Source: Dehalococcoidia bacterium
GTDB taxonomy: Bacteria > Chloroflexota > Dehalococcoidia > Plut-88900
Length of the DNA: 64,000 nt
Direction: 5' to 3'
Assembly (NCBI GenBank): GCA_965197645.1
Contig: OZ240219.1
Coordinates: 2,144,001-2,208,000, forward strand
The notes beneath the pieces were generated by a model, which did not search any database, was not told the DNA's origin, and saw only the letters and a program-made list of their open reading frames with translations. Of the stretch, positions 19,110 to 28,268 are shown piece after piece (position 1 is the first letter of the stretch; every line of letters starts with the position of its first letter). Both the position numbers and the translations under genes were made by a program.

Positions 19110-20563
19110 AGGCTGTTTCGCCGGGCGTTGTGCTCTATCACCCGGACCACGGCACGAGCGGCCCTCTCCATGGTGGGAAACACGGGCAGGCCTGCCCTCC
19201 ACGCCTTTTGGCGAACCTCCATCGTAGTCTTCCACCGCCAGTCCTCGGGTGAATCGCCTGAGCGGATTACCATTGTCAACGGTTTCAGGGAACTATCCCT
19301 GATCGCGATCATACCTTCAATAGTCTTGTAGACCTGATTGACGTTGGCCTCCTGCTCGAATATGAACTCAAAATCGGGGTCCAGCATTACTACGTCGAAC
19401 GCTTTGTGGCGGGACATCAGCCCGGCCGCGTCGGCGAGCACAGTCACACCGGCTAGGGCTGATCCATCGATGGGATTGCTGGCCATGAAACCGGTATCCG
19501 GAAGCAGCCTGTGTATCTCTTCCCGGATGTCCCTCGGCAAGGGAGGCACCTCCAGCCCGTTGGCCTCGCATGCGTCTGCGCTATGAACGCTGTTGCCGCC
19601 TCCACCGCAGACCACAGCTGCCCTCCGACCCTCCGGCGCCGACATGTATCGGAAGGCCACCATCATGTCGGCCATATCGTCCAGATTGTCCACTCGTATC
19701 GCGTTCGTCTGGTGGATAGCCGTATCCCAGACCTGGTTGGTCCCTGCCAGCGAGGCCGTATGCGAGGCCACCGCCCGCGTGCCCGCCCTGGTGCTGCCTC
19801 CCTTTAGGACCAGCACCGGCTTGGCCTCGGCGGCTTCACGGAGCGCCTTGAAGAACCGCTTTCCGTCTTTCACTCCCTCTATGTAGCAGGCTATGACGCT
19901 GGTCTCAGGATCGTGGGTCAGGTACTCCAGGAAATCGCTTTCGTCCAGGTCGGCCGCGTTTCCATAGCTGATTACCTTGCTGAAGAATATCCCCCGCAGC
20001 GATGCTCGATACACCAGCTCGACTGCGTTGGCGCCGCTCTGGGTAACGAAGGCCACCGGCCCCTGCTCCCTGGGAAAGTTGAGCCGGAACGTCACCCCCT
20101 GCCCCGGTACGTAAACCCCCATGCAGTTGGGGCCTATAATCCTGAGACCTCCGGCTCGGGCCTCCTCGGCCAGCCCACGCTGTTGGCTTGCGCCCTCCTC
20201 CGTGCCCGTGTCCGCCATCCTTCCCGTGAACAGGTGCAGCGCCTTCACCCCTTTTCGAATGGCGTCCTTCACCAGCTGGGGCACCAGCGCTGCCGGCACC
20301 GCCGAGATCACGTAATCGAGGGGGTCCGGCACCTCGTTGATGGAAGGGTAGCACCTCAGCCCGGCTACCTTCTCGACCCTGGGGTTGACGGGGTAGACCG
20401 GCCCACCGAACCCCAGCTTCTTCAGCGCCTGAACGAAAACGTATCCCTGCTTACCGGGATTGGTAGAGGCCCCCACCACCGCAATGGACCGGGGGTTGAA
20501 GATGGCTTCGAGGTCCTGGCGAGGTTGGATGGAGGAAGGGGAATGGCTGCTCATCGGCATCAT
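19106..20563 (-). CDS. Acyl-CoA synthetase (NDP-forming) alpha-like CoA-binding protein
   Basis: PRSIAVVGAS, IIGPNCMG, SYGNAADL, ASHTASL phospho-His; no ATP-grasp domain. Confidence 0.85.
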   Translation of the reverse strand: MMPMSSHSPSSIQPRQDLEAIFNPRSIAVVGASTNPGKQGYVFVQALKKLGFGGPVYPVNPRVEKVAGLRCYPSINEVPDPLDYVISAVPAALVPQLVKDAIRKGVKALHLFTGRMADTGTEEGASQQRGLAEEARAGGLRIIGPNCMGVYVPGQGVTFRLNFPREQGPVAFVTQSGANAVELVYRASLRGIFFSKVISYGNAADLDESDFLEYLTHDPETSVIACYIEGVKDGKRFFKALREAAEAKPVLVLKGGSTRAGTRAVASHTASLAGTNQVWDTAIHQTNAIRVDNLDDMADMMVAFRYMSAPEGRRAAVVCGGGGNSVHSADACEANGLEVPPLPRDIREEIHRLLPDTGFMASNPIDGSALAGVTVLADAAGLMSRHKAFDVVMLDPDFEFIFEQEANVNQVYKTIEGMIAIRDSSLKPLTMVIRSGDSPEDWRWKTTMEVRQKAWRAGLPVFPTMERAARAVVRVIEHNARRNSL

Positions 20564-20694
20564 ATTATATGCGGCCTCATAGCCGGTCAAGGAATATCGT
20601 GAACAGCGGAACGGGGGCTTGAGGGATGTTCGCCCCGTTGCAGCACGCGTCACGTTCCTTGAAGCGGGCCGGGCCCACTGCTAAGCTCTACTTT

Positions 20695-21999
20695 ATGGAA
20701 CGAGAAGCCGATGTAGTGATAATCGGGGCCGGCATCTCCGGCTGTGCCACCGCCTACAATCTCGCCCGGCGAGGCCTCAAAGTCGTCGTGCTGGAGAAGG
20801 ATGACATCGCCTTCGAGGCCTCCGGCAAGAGCATGGCCGCCGTAGGTGTGCTGGGCAAACACCACCCGGATGAGTACCGGCTGGCCCAGGCCGCTTTGGA
20901 GGTATGGCCCACCCTCGGCGATGAGCTGAACTCCGATATCGAGTACATACCCGGCGGAAGGTTGGCCATCGCCGAGACCCGCAAGGACCTACCCCTCTTT
21001 CAGGACATGATAGAGGCCGCCGAAGAGTCCGGCGTGAAGATAGAGTGGCTGGAACCCCGTCAAGCCCGGAAACGGTATCCCTACCTGGAGGGACCGCTGA
21101 CGATGGCCGCCTTCTCTCCCCAGGAAGGTCACGTCAACCCGCCTAAAACGGTGCATGCCTTCGCTCGAGCCGCCCAGGAGTACGGCGCCAAGTTCCACAC
21201 CGGCTGCCTCGTCAAGGAGGTCGGAGTGGCAGGTGGAAGCGTCAGGTACGTCGGTACGTCCATGGGAGAGATCAAGACCGGCGCCGTGATCAACGTCGCA
21301 GGGGTCTGGGCCAACCGGCTCCTGGACGACCTGGGCGTCCACGTACCCATCAAGATTATCCGCCTTCCCCAGGGCGAGACCCAGCCCCTGCCCAGGCTCT
21401 TCGACTTCTTCATGCGAGGGCCCACCTACTCCGCCAGGCAGACCGCCTCCGGAACGTTGAGAATCAGCGGGGGATATCGGCGGCTGGAGGTCTTCCACGA
21501 TCTGTCCCTGGATGACCTTCGGGACCTGAAGGTATGGCTTCCCAGGCTGGCCCAGCAGTGGAGCAACGTCGCCCTACGCGTCGATATCAACGTCCTGAAA
21601 CGAGAGTTCCTGAGTCTGGTGAACAGCAGGGTGATGGGAAGGGAGAGGGACGTAGCGCCCGTAGGCGTCGAGCCGAGAAAGTCGCCCGGCAACCTCAGAA
21701 AGAAGCTGCGACGCCTCTCCTCGTTGATACCTCAACTCGAAGGCTTGAAGCTTCAACGACACTGGACCGGATACGTCGACCTTACGCCGGACCTGCTGCC
21801 CGTCATAGGTCCCGTCGACCAGGTGAAAGGCCTATACGTGGCGATGGGATTCAGCGGTCACGGCTTCGTCCTGGGTCCGGTAACCGGCAGGATCATGGCC
21901 GATCTTGTCACCGGCCAGGCCTCGCCCTTCCCGATCCACGCCTTCCGCCCCGGTCGTTTCGTGGAAGAAAAGGTGAAGATGCCCAAGCGGTTGATGTAG
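20695..21999 (+). CDS. FAD-dependent oxidoreductase, DAO/sarcosine oxidase beta family
   Basis: IIGAGISG, DLTPDLLPVIG, GFSGHGF..GP. Confidence 0.85.
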   Translation: MEREADVVIIGAGISGCATAYNLARRGLKVVVLEKDDIAFEASGKSMAAVGVLGKHHPDEYRLAQAALEVWPTLGDELNSDIEYIPGGRLAIAETRKDLPLFQDMIEAAEESGVKIEWLEPRQARKRYPYLEGPLTMAAFSPQEGHVNPPKTVHAFARAAQEYGAKFHTGCLVKEVGVAGGSVRYVGTSMGEIKTGAVINVAGVWANRLLDDLGVHVPIKIIRLPQGETQPLPRLFDFFMRGPTYSARQTASGTLRISGGYRRLEVFHDLSLDDLRDLKVWLPRLAQQWSNVALRVDINVLKREFLSLVNSRVMGRERDVAPVGVEPRKSPGNLRKKLRRLSSLIPQLEGLKLQRHWTGYVDLTPDLLPVIGPVDQVKGLYVAMGFSGHGFVLGPVTGRIMADLVTGQASPFPIHAFRPGRFVEEKVKMPKRLM

Positions 22000-22007
22000 C
22001 GCTCCGG

Positions 22008-23132
22008 CTACTCGGCGGGCGGATAGTGGGCATCGGGCACCACCACCACCTTGCCGAACTGTCGGCGGTCGGCCAGGTACTCCACCGCCTCCCTGGTCCG
22101 GGAGAGGGGGAACGTCCTATCGACCACCGCCTTGAGGTTGCCCTGGTCTATGTGCCTCACACAGTCGATCATCTCTTGCTTGCTCCCCATTACCGATCCC
22201 ATTACCGAGGTCTCTTTCATCAGCATCCGGGCCACGTTGACCCTCGCCCAGTTGCTCAGCGTGCAGCCGCAGTTGACCAGGCGGCCACCGGGCGCCAGAG
22301 CCTCGACACTCTGCTCCATCAGGTCGCCGGCCAGGCTGTCTATCACTATATCGACCCCGTGTCCTCCGGTGAGCTTCATGGTCTCCTCATAGAGGGAGTC
22401 GCTCGTGTAGTTGATGGTGTCTTGAGCCCCCAGCTCCCTCGCCTTTTCCAGCTTGGGGTCCGAGCCAGCGCTGGCCAGCACCCGCGCCCCGAACAACCTG
22501 GCGATCTGGATGGCCGCTATTCCCACTCCACTGCCCGCTGCGTTCACCAGCACCACGTCTCCGGGCTTGACCTTCGCTCGGGCTACCAGCATGTGCCACG
22601 TGGTAATGAATACTATGGGCAACGACGCCGCATCCACCAGGGAGATCGAGTCTGGCAGAGGGATCACCGTCCACTCCGGCGCCAGCACGAACTCCTGCAG
22701 CCCGCCGTCCATCGATCCGCCGAATCCTCCCTTGGACTGGCACAGGTTGTCACGGCCGGTCAGGCACAGATCGCAGTTGAGGCACGAGGTTGACGGGTGC
22801 AGCACAACCCGGTCCCCCGGTCCGGCCGCGGTTACACCCTCTCCGACGCTCTTCACCACGCCCGCGATATCCGCTCCCGGCGTTCGAGGCTCAGACCGCC
22901 GATGGTTGGGAGGCGACTTCACCGCCCACACATCCAGGTGGTTCAGCCCGCATCCATACACCTCCACGACCACCTCGCCGTGGCCCGGCGTGGGCTCGGG
23001 TACATCGTTATACTCCAGACGTTCCAGGCTGAGCCCTTCATGGATCTGTATCTCCTCCTCCCACTGCGAGTGGTCCTCGATTTGGTAGTGGGAAAAGTAG
23101 TCGCCGCTTGTGGTTAGCTGGACAGCCTTCAT
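22008..23132 (-). CDS. MDR-family zinc-binding dehydrogenase/quinone oxidoreductase
   Basis: GLNHLD, CLNCDLC..C structural Zn site, AAGSGVG, FGKVVV. Confidence 0.85.
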   Translation of the reverse strand: MKAVQLTTSGDYFSHYQIEDHSQWEEEIQIHEGLSLERLEYNDVPEPTPGHGEVVVEVYGCGLNHLDVWAVKSPPNHRRSEPRTPGADIAGVVKSVGEGVTAAGPGDRVVLHPSTSCLNCDLCLTGRDNLCQSKGGFGGSMDGGLQEFVLAPEWTVIPLPDSISLVDAASLPIVFITTWHMLVARAKVKPGDVVLVNAAGSGVGIAAIQIARLFGARVLASAGSDPKLEKARELGAQDTINYTSDSLYEETMKLTGGHGVDIVIDSLAGDLMEQSVEALAPGGRLVNCGCTLSNWARVNVARMLMKETSVMGSVMGSKQEMIDCVRHIDQGNLKAVVDRTFPLSRTREAVEYLADRRQFGKVVVVPDAHYPPAE

Positions 23133-23219
23133 TACCTCTCCATTTCGTGTGAATGTGCCGTGGACGCAATGGGATAGAGTCTACCAGACCAGGATGAAGC
23201 TAGACGAGCGGCGATGCAG

Positions 23220-23681
23220 CTACTCTTGCTCGACCTGTGGAACGTACTGGCGGGACTCCCGGGTTATGATGCTGCTGGCCTGGAACAGCCCGTCCGCCTG
23301 CAGGCTCCCTTCGATCACAAGCTCCACCGAAGGAACACCGAACTGCCCCGGCGGTACGCCCTGAAACGATACCCGCAGAGGCTCTACGGTCGGGTCACCC
23401 TGGTCCAGGATGTCGAACGTGACCGTCCTGTCCTCGCCGTACTCCAACGATTGGGTGACGATGGTGCCTCGCACCTGGATATCCTTACCGATGAGGGTAT
23501 CGGCCCTCTCATGCACCTCGTAGACCTCCAGGAAGAACTGGCCCGTGTTCACCGTGACCACGTAGATGATAGCCGTGAACGCCACCGCCAGCACAACCGC
23601 TCCGGCTATCAGCTTTCGCTTGGGGGTGAGCCAGGGATTGTACTCCTCTAGGTTGGTCTCCGCCTGCGGTTCGCTTGCCAA
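23220..23681 (-). CDS. ccmE: Cytochrome c maturation heme chaperone CcmE, variant motif
   Basis: N-terminal TM and OB-fold pattern (VRGTIV, GVPP..F, VIEG, FQAS) at the end of ccmABCD; ExxxY in place of H/CxxxY. Confidence 0.75.
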   Translation of the reverse strand: MASEPQAETNLEEYNPWLTPKRKLIAGAVVLAVAFTAIIYVVTVNTGQFFLEVYEVHERADTLIGKDIQVRGTIVTQSLEYGEDRTVTFDILDQGDPTVEPLRVSFQGVPPGQFGVPSVELVIEGSLQADGLFQASSIITRESRQYVPQVEQE

Positions 23682-23683
23682 GA

Positions 23684-23833
23684 CTACTCTCCCGGATCGC
23701 CTTCTCGCCGGCGCTTCAACTCGTTGACCTCTTGCCTCGTCCTCAGCACCTTCCTATACAGCCACAGGGCCAACCCCATGAACACGCCCCAGCTTGCGGC
23801 AAAGGCTCCGAACAGAAATCCAAAGTTATCCAT
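23684..23833 (-). CDS. ccmD: CcmD-like small membrane protein (49 aa)
   Basis: MDNFGFLFGAFAASW...: one TM helix plus basic tail, between ccmC and ccmE. Confidence 0.7.
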   Translation of the reverse strand: MDNFGFLFGAFAASWGVFMGLALWLYRKVLRTRQEVNELKRRREGDPGE

Positions 23834-23835
23834 AT

Positions 23836-24546
23836 CTACGAGTCCAACAGCTCCTCGATGGCATCTTCGTTCTCTCTCATCATCACCCTTACGACCATCA
23901 GGAAGGCGAACAGCAGGGTGAATACTGCGACGCTGAACCACAGGGCGAACCACATGTCCGAGTCCATATAGGCGTCATCGCCGCCGGCGATGATCGGCTC
24001 CACGTGAACCGTCTTCCAGAGCCGGACTGATAGGTAGTTGATGGGCACCACGGCGAAGCCCAAGATTCCAACCGCCGCCCTGAGCCGGGAGGCCTTTCCT
24101 TGGCTGACGGCGTAGGCCCCTACCATCAGGTATCCCACGTAGATCAACCACAGCAGGGCGGTGGTCGTCAATCGGGCGTCCCACACCCACCACACGCCGA
24201 AGATTGGCTTGGCCCACACTATCCCGGTGATCAGGCACACTGACGTAAACACCACCCCCAACTCCGCGGCGGAGTAGGCGTAGTTGTCCCACCGCCGCCC
24301 CCTGGTCTTGAGGTGGACTATGCTGAACAGAAGCACCAGGAAGAATGCCAGATACCCGATCCAAGCCGATGCGACGTGGAAGTAGAAGATCCGCTGCACA
24401 GGCCCCTGTATCGCCTCGGTGGGCACCCACAGGAAGATAAGGTAGAGGTCCACCAGGACGGCGGCTGCGGTCAGTACGAACAGGCCGTCCAGCCACGAGA
24501 CCTTTCCCAGAACACCTCCGCGCGGACCTGTGCTTATGCTGTCCAA
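23836..24546 (-). CDS. ccmC: Heme exporter CcmC
   Basis: RIFYFHV, WAKPIFGVWWVWDARLT WWD motif, C-terminal His. Confidence 0.93.
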   Translation of the reverse strand: MDSISTGPRGGVLGKVSWLDGLFVLTAAAVLVDLYLIFLWVPTEAIQGPVQRIFYFHVASAWIGYLAFFLVLLFSIVHLKTRGRRWDNYAYSAAELGVVFTSVCLITGIVWAKPIFGVWWVWDARLTTTALLWLIYVGYLMVGAYAVSQGKASRLRAAVGILGFAVVPINYLSVRLWKTVHVEPIIAGGDDAYMDSDMWFALWFSVAVFTLLFAFLMVVRVMMRENEDAIEELLDS

Positions 24547-24555
24547 CTTTATCCG

Positions 24556-25227
24556 TTACTCCTCGAGTACATGTTCGAACGTCAGGAATCCCAGGACCAG
24601 GAACACAGCGTCGAACCCTGCCAGCACCCATATCCAGGGCTGAATCTCAGCCCACGGCTCGCCGTTGAACGCCATGTTGGTCGACTCTACGGCTCCGATT
24701 ACGGCCGGCGCCACCAAGGGTATCAGCAGTATCGGTAGCATCACTTCCTGGAGCCGGGTGTTCATCGACAGCACCGAAAGGATGGTGCCTACAGTGGCTA
24801 TCCCCAGGGTGGCCAGCGGGATGATGACCAGCAGCTGAAGCGGCAACACCGAAAGGTTGAAGACTATCGTGAAGATCGGTATCGAGATGACTTCCACCAG
24901 CAGAATGAACAGGAAGCTGCTGGCCAGCTTCGATAGAAAGATGACGTCCCGGCCGTAGGGGGAAAGCATCAAGCCGTCCAGGCAACCGTTCTCCTGCTCG
25001 GTGTTGATGACCCGTTGGAAGCTGAGCATACCGGCAAATAGGAAGGTGAACCAGAGCACCCCCGGCGTCATTATCTCGGTCTCGACGGTACCCGGCTTGA
25101 AGGCGAAGTTGAAAGCGAAGACCATCAGGAGCACGAAGAAGCTGACGGAGACGATGATCTCCTTGCCCCGCACCTCGACCAGCATGTCCTTCCAGACTAT
25201 GCCGCCTATGGCTCGCCAGTAGGACAT
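24556..25227 (-). CDS. ccmB: Heme exporter permease CcmB
   Basis: KDMLVE.R, PGVLW, E.ENG.LDGL.LSP, LPILLIP. Confidence 0.9.
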   Translation of the reverse strand: MSYWRAIGGIVWKDMLVEVRGKEIIVSVSFFVLLMVFAFNFAFKPGTVETEIMTPGVLWFTFLFAGMLSFQRVINTEQENGCLDGLMLSPYGRDVIFLSKLASSFLFILLVEVISIPIFTIVFNLSVLPLQLLVIIPLATLGIATVGTILSVLSMNTRLQEVMLPILLIPLVAPAVIGAVESTNMAFNGEPWAEIQPWIWVLAGFDAVFLVLGFLTFEHVLEE

Positions 25228-25230
25228 GCC

Positions 25231-25947
25231 TTACGCCGCCACCAGTCTCTGGTACATACTCTCCAGCTCCGACCGGCCGATCGAGTCCCTGCGCAGGTCC
25301 ATGACAGTCTTCCCACCCTTCAGACCGATGATCCGCTGGGCCATGTTCAACCCATGTTCGAAGTTGTGGGTCGACATGACCACCGTGCGGCCGTTCCGCA
25401 GGACGACCTGCAGCAGACCTTCCACGGCCTCCGGGTCCAGCCCCGAGTCGGGCTCGTCGAGCAGTAGTAGCGATGGACTGTGGAGCAGGGACCTGAGCAG
25501 CGAGACCCTCTTACGCTGGCCGTGAGAGAGGGCAGCCACGCGGGTGTCCATCAAATCGGTGATGCCTAGCTCCCCGGCCAGCTCCCCGATTCGCTCCTCC
25601 CAGTTCGATACCTGAAACATCTTGGCGTAGAAATGAAGGTTTTCGCGAGCGGTCAGCCGGTTGTATAGAAGCGATTCGTGCAGCAACACTCCCACCCGTC
25701 TCCTGACGCTGGCCCCGCCGGAGGATACGTCGGTGCCCAACAGCTTGAGGGAGCCGTCCGTGGGCTTTATCAGGGTCGAGAGGAGCTTGATCAGAGTCGT
25801 CTTTCCAGAACCGTTGGGCCCGATGAGGACCACCTTTTCGCCGGGTGCGATCCGCAGGTCCACCCCCGATACGGCCTTGACCTTACCGTATTTCCGGGTA
25901 AGGTTTCGGGTCTCTACTACGGGCGGCTCTTGCGATGACATAACCAT
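25231..25947 (-). CDS. ccmA: Heme ABC exporter ATPase CcmA
   Basis: GPNGSGKTT, LSHGQRKR, LLLDEP; directly upstream of ccmB. Confidence 0.88.
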   Translation of the reverse strand: MVMSSQEPPVVETRNLTRKYGKVKAVSGVDLRIAPGEKVVLIGPNGSGKTTLIKLLSTLIKPTDGSLKLLGTDVSSGGASVRRRVGVLLHESLLYNRLTARENLHFYAKMFQVSNWEERIGELAGELGITDLMDTRVAALSHGQRKRVSLLRSLLHSPSLLLLDEPDSGLDPEAVEGLLQVVLRNGRTVVMSTHNFEHGLNMAQRIIGLKGGKTVMDLRRDSIGRSELESMYQRLVAA

Positions 25948-25988
25948 TGCTGCCTGAGACCTAATCTTATTCTAATTGGAATATCCAT

Positions 25989-26006
25989 TCAAGAAAAATT
26001 GCACAA
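25989..26006. promoter_or_regulatory. Rex-like operator candidate upstream of ccmA
   Basis: Minus strand TTGTGCA-ATTT-TTCTTGA; 10/14 match to the Rex consensus in an AT-rich gap. Confidence 0.35.
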
Positions 26007-26024
26007 ACCAGCCGGCGAGGGTAG

Positions 26025-26546
26025 TTAACGGCCGATGTCCTTCTGGAAGGACACGTTCAACAGGTTGCTCAACAATATGACCGCCAGTCCTCCATACACG
26101 ATCATGCTGGGCGATATCAGCGGCCGGGTCAATCGATGCAGCAATGACCGGTCCGCCGCTCCGTCCTGCGGCTGATTGGTCGCGCTTTCCAGCACCCTTT
26201 TCCGGTAGGTGGCGGTCCCGATGCCGAACAGCCAGAAGGCCATCGCTATCTTCACTGCCAGGGTGACGATGTAGGTCACCGACGTCGAAGGCTCGGTGAG
26301 GTTGTCGAAGGTGAGGATCACCCCGGACACCAGAAGGGCCACCATGCTCAGGTGCACCCACTCCCGAAAGTGGAGCGCGATCAGCCTGTTGATGCCTCTA
26401 TCGTTCAGCGCCTCCTTCTTGCCGGCGTCCCTGAGGGCGGGTCTCAGCACCAGCAGGTAGAAAACGCTTCCCCCTATCCACAGCACCGCCGCGGATACGT
26501 GGATCCACAGAACGGCGACCCTCAGGATATCGAATACGTCCCACAA
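26025..26546 (-). CDS. CopD/DUF4149-like four-TM membrane protein
   Basis: WIHV.AAVLWIGG..F...VLRPA, LLVSG, LAVKI. Confidence 0.65.
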   Translation of the reverse strand: MWDVFDILRVAVLWIHVSAAVLWIGGSVFYLLVLRPALRDAGKKEALNDRGINRLIALHFREWVHLSMVALLVSGVILTFDNLTEPSTSVTYIVTLAVKIAMAFWLFGIGTATYRKRVLESATNQPQDGAADRSLLHRLTRPLISPSMIVYGGLAVILLSNLLNVSFQKDIGR

Positions 26547-26572
26547 GCCGGTATCCTAACTTCCCACGCCGT

Positions 26573-27790
26573 TCATACCCCACGGGCCTCCTTGAGGGCG
26601 GTCCTCAGCAGAGATCGCTTCAGTTCGTCGCGCAGGCTACTGTAGTCGGGTTCGGAGATCTCGCCTTTTTGGAAGCGCAGGTCCAGCGATGCGATCGCTT
26701 CAAGCGACCTTCTTTGATTGGGCTGCCGCCACAGGTTTCTCGCCACGTCCTCGGGCGTCATCGATTCCGGTACCCGCCGTCTCAGCCTCCAGGCGTAGAC
26801 CAGCAGTGCCAGGAGAAACACCCCCGTTACAGCGGGAATGATCAGAGAGAGCACCCATCGAGCCGCGATGGCGTCCCACACCCTGTCCAGCCATGGCGCC
26901 TGGGGCAGATCTGTAAAAGCCACGGTCACCCGCTCGCCGCGCTGGATATCGATGGACCGGAACGTTCGGAAGGTGCTCTCTCCGACGGCCACCGGAGCGT
27001 CTTCCTCCAGGTCCGAACCCACCACCGTCCCCATGTCACCTCTCATCAGGACCCGCAACGCCTCGGCGCCGAAGGGGAACAGGGGCTCGTAGACCAGGCT
27101 GTCCTCTTCGTAGGGCACGGTGTATAGGATCACCAGGGCGTGAATGCCCGGAGGGACGGGCGCCGTAATCCCCACCCCCAGATCGATGGGTATCACCTGT
27201 CCGCCCAGAAGACTGCTTTGCACCACCAGGTCTTCGTATCCGAAGGGAAGTGAGAAGCGGAGGAAGGACATAGCGGACATCCCGTTCTGTCCAAAGGATG
27301 GGATGAAGGTGTGACTGCTGGAGTTTCTTACCCGGATCACCTGCCTGACCAGCAGCTCGCCGTACTCTTCATCGCTCCGGGAGACCATTACGGTGTCATC
27401 AATCACCGAAAGGACGTCGGGGTCGCCGGCGGTCTCGTACACCAGTAGCTCGACGGTTGCCGTCTCGTCCGGCGGTACTTGGATCTGATAGAAGACCTCC
27501 TGGTACTGGGTGGTAAGCAGGTAGCTGAGATTATCGCCCCGGGGCAGATCGGAAAAGCTGAAGACGCCGCCTTCTTCCGTTGCAGTCGTCAGCTCCTGGA
27601 CAGCGGTATCTCCGCTGAAAATCGTAAGCAGCACGCGCAGGTCGGCAGGTGCCGCTTCGCCGGTAGTGCCGTTGACTATCCGTCCATCCAGTTCAATAGG
27701 AGATTGGGCCGCTGCCGGATCGGGCGATAGGAGGGCGGGTAGGCCGGCCACCAGTAGAAAGAGCAGCACAAGCGGCAACAGTATACGCAT
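26573..27790 (-). CDS. Hypothetical membrane-anchored extracytoplasmic protein in the ccm cluster (beta-sandwich, carboxypeptidase-regulatory-like N-terminus)
   Basis: Signal peptide, GRIVNGT..G.FSFSDLP, C-terminal TM, IASLD.RF.KGEISE.DY tail; ATG overlaps the upstream TGA. Confidence 0.65.
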   Translation of the reverse strand: MRILLPLVLLFLLVAGLPALLSPDPAAAQSPIELDGRIVNGTTGEAAPADLRVLLTIFSGDTAVQELTTATEEGGVFSFSDLPRGDNLSYLLTTQYQEVFYQIQVPPDETATVELLVYETAGDPDVLSVIDDTVMVSRSDEEYGELLVRQVIRVRNSSSHTFIPSFGQNGMSAMSFLRFSLPFGYEDLVVQSSLLGGQVIPIDLGVGITAPVPPGIHALVILYTVPYEEDSLVYEPLFPFGAEALRVLMRGDMGTVVGSDLEEDAPVAVGESTFRTFRSIDIQRGERVTVAFTDLPQAPWLDRVWDAIAARWVLSLIIPAVTGVFLLALLVYAWRLRRRVPESMTPEDVARNLWRQPNQRRSLEAIASLDLRFQKGEISEPDYSSLRDELKRSLLRTALKEARGV

Positions 27791-28254
27791 CAGTGCTCGG
27801 CCCCCTGTGTCGCCGCTTGAGAGGGCTGGGCCAATGACGCGCCACACACCGAGCAATCGCTCTGGGACGATGGCGCCGCGTTCCCGCACTCCGGACAGGT
27901 GACGGTCTCGCCGCTCGTTTCCAGCGAGCTGACCAGGTCCGATACCTGCCGCTCCAAAGCTTGGTCCAGGGCTTTCAGCCTGTGCTCCCAGCGTCTCTGC
28001 ACCAGCATCTTTTCGGCTGCGCGCCGCCGCAGGTTCTGAGAGACTGCCTCGTACTCTCCCTGGGATACGTTCCCCATCTGCAGACCCTCCTTAAGGGTCA
28101 GCAACTCTCTGTAGATCCCCTGGCGTTGTTGGGTCAACCCTTCGATCATATCGATGGGACTCACCACCTGCTTGGTGTGGCGGGAGCGCAAGATAGGGAT
28201 GGATAGAACAGCTGCACAGAGGAAGGCGAGCAGAATCCCGATGGCGATAACCAT
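27790..28254 (-). CDS. CcmI-N-like membrane protein with C-terminal zinc ribbon
   Basis: N-terminal TM, IYREL..L....GNVS..EY coiled segment, CPECG...CSVCG. Confidence 0.6.
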   Translation of the reverse strand: MVIAIGILLAFLCAAVLSIPILRSRHTKQVVSPIDMIEGLTQQRQGIYRELLTLKEGLQMGNVSQGEYEAVSQNLRRRAAEKMLVQRRWEHRLKALDQALERQVSDLVSSLETSGETVTCPECGNAAPSSQSDCSVCGASLAQPSQAATQGAEH

Positions 28255-28268
28255 GCCAATGGCTTCAG

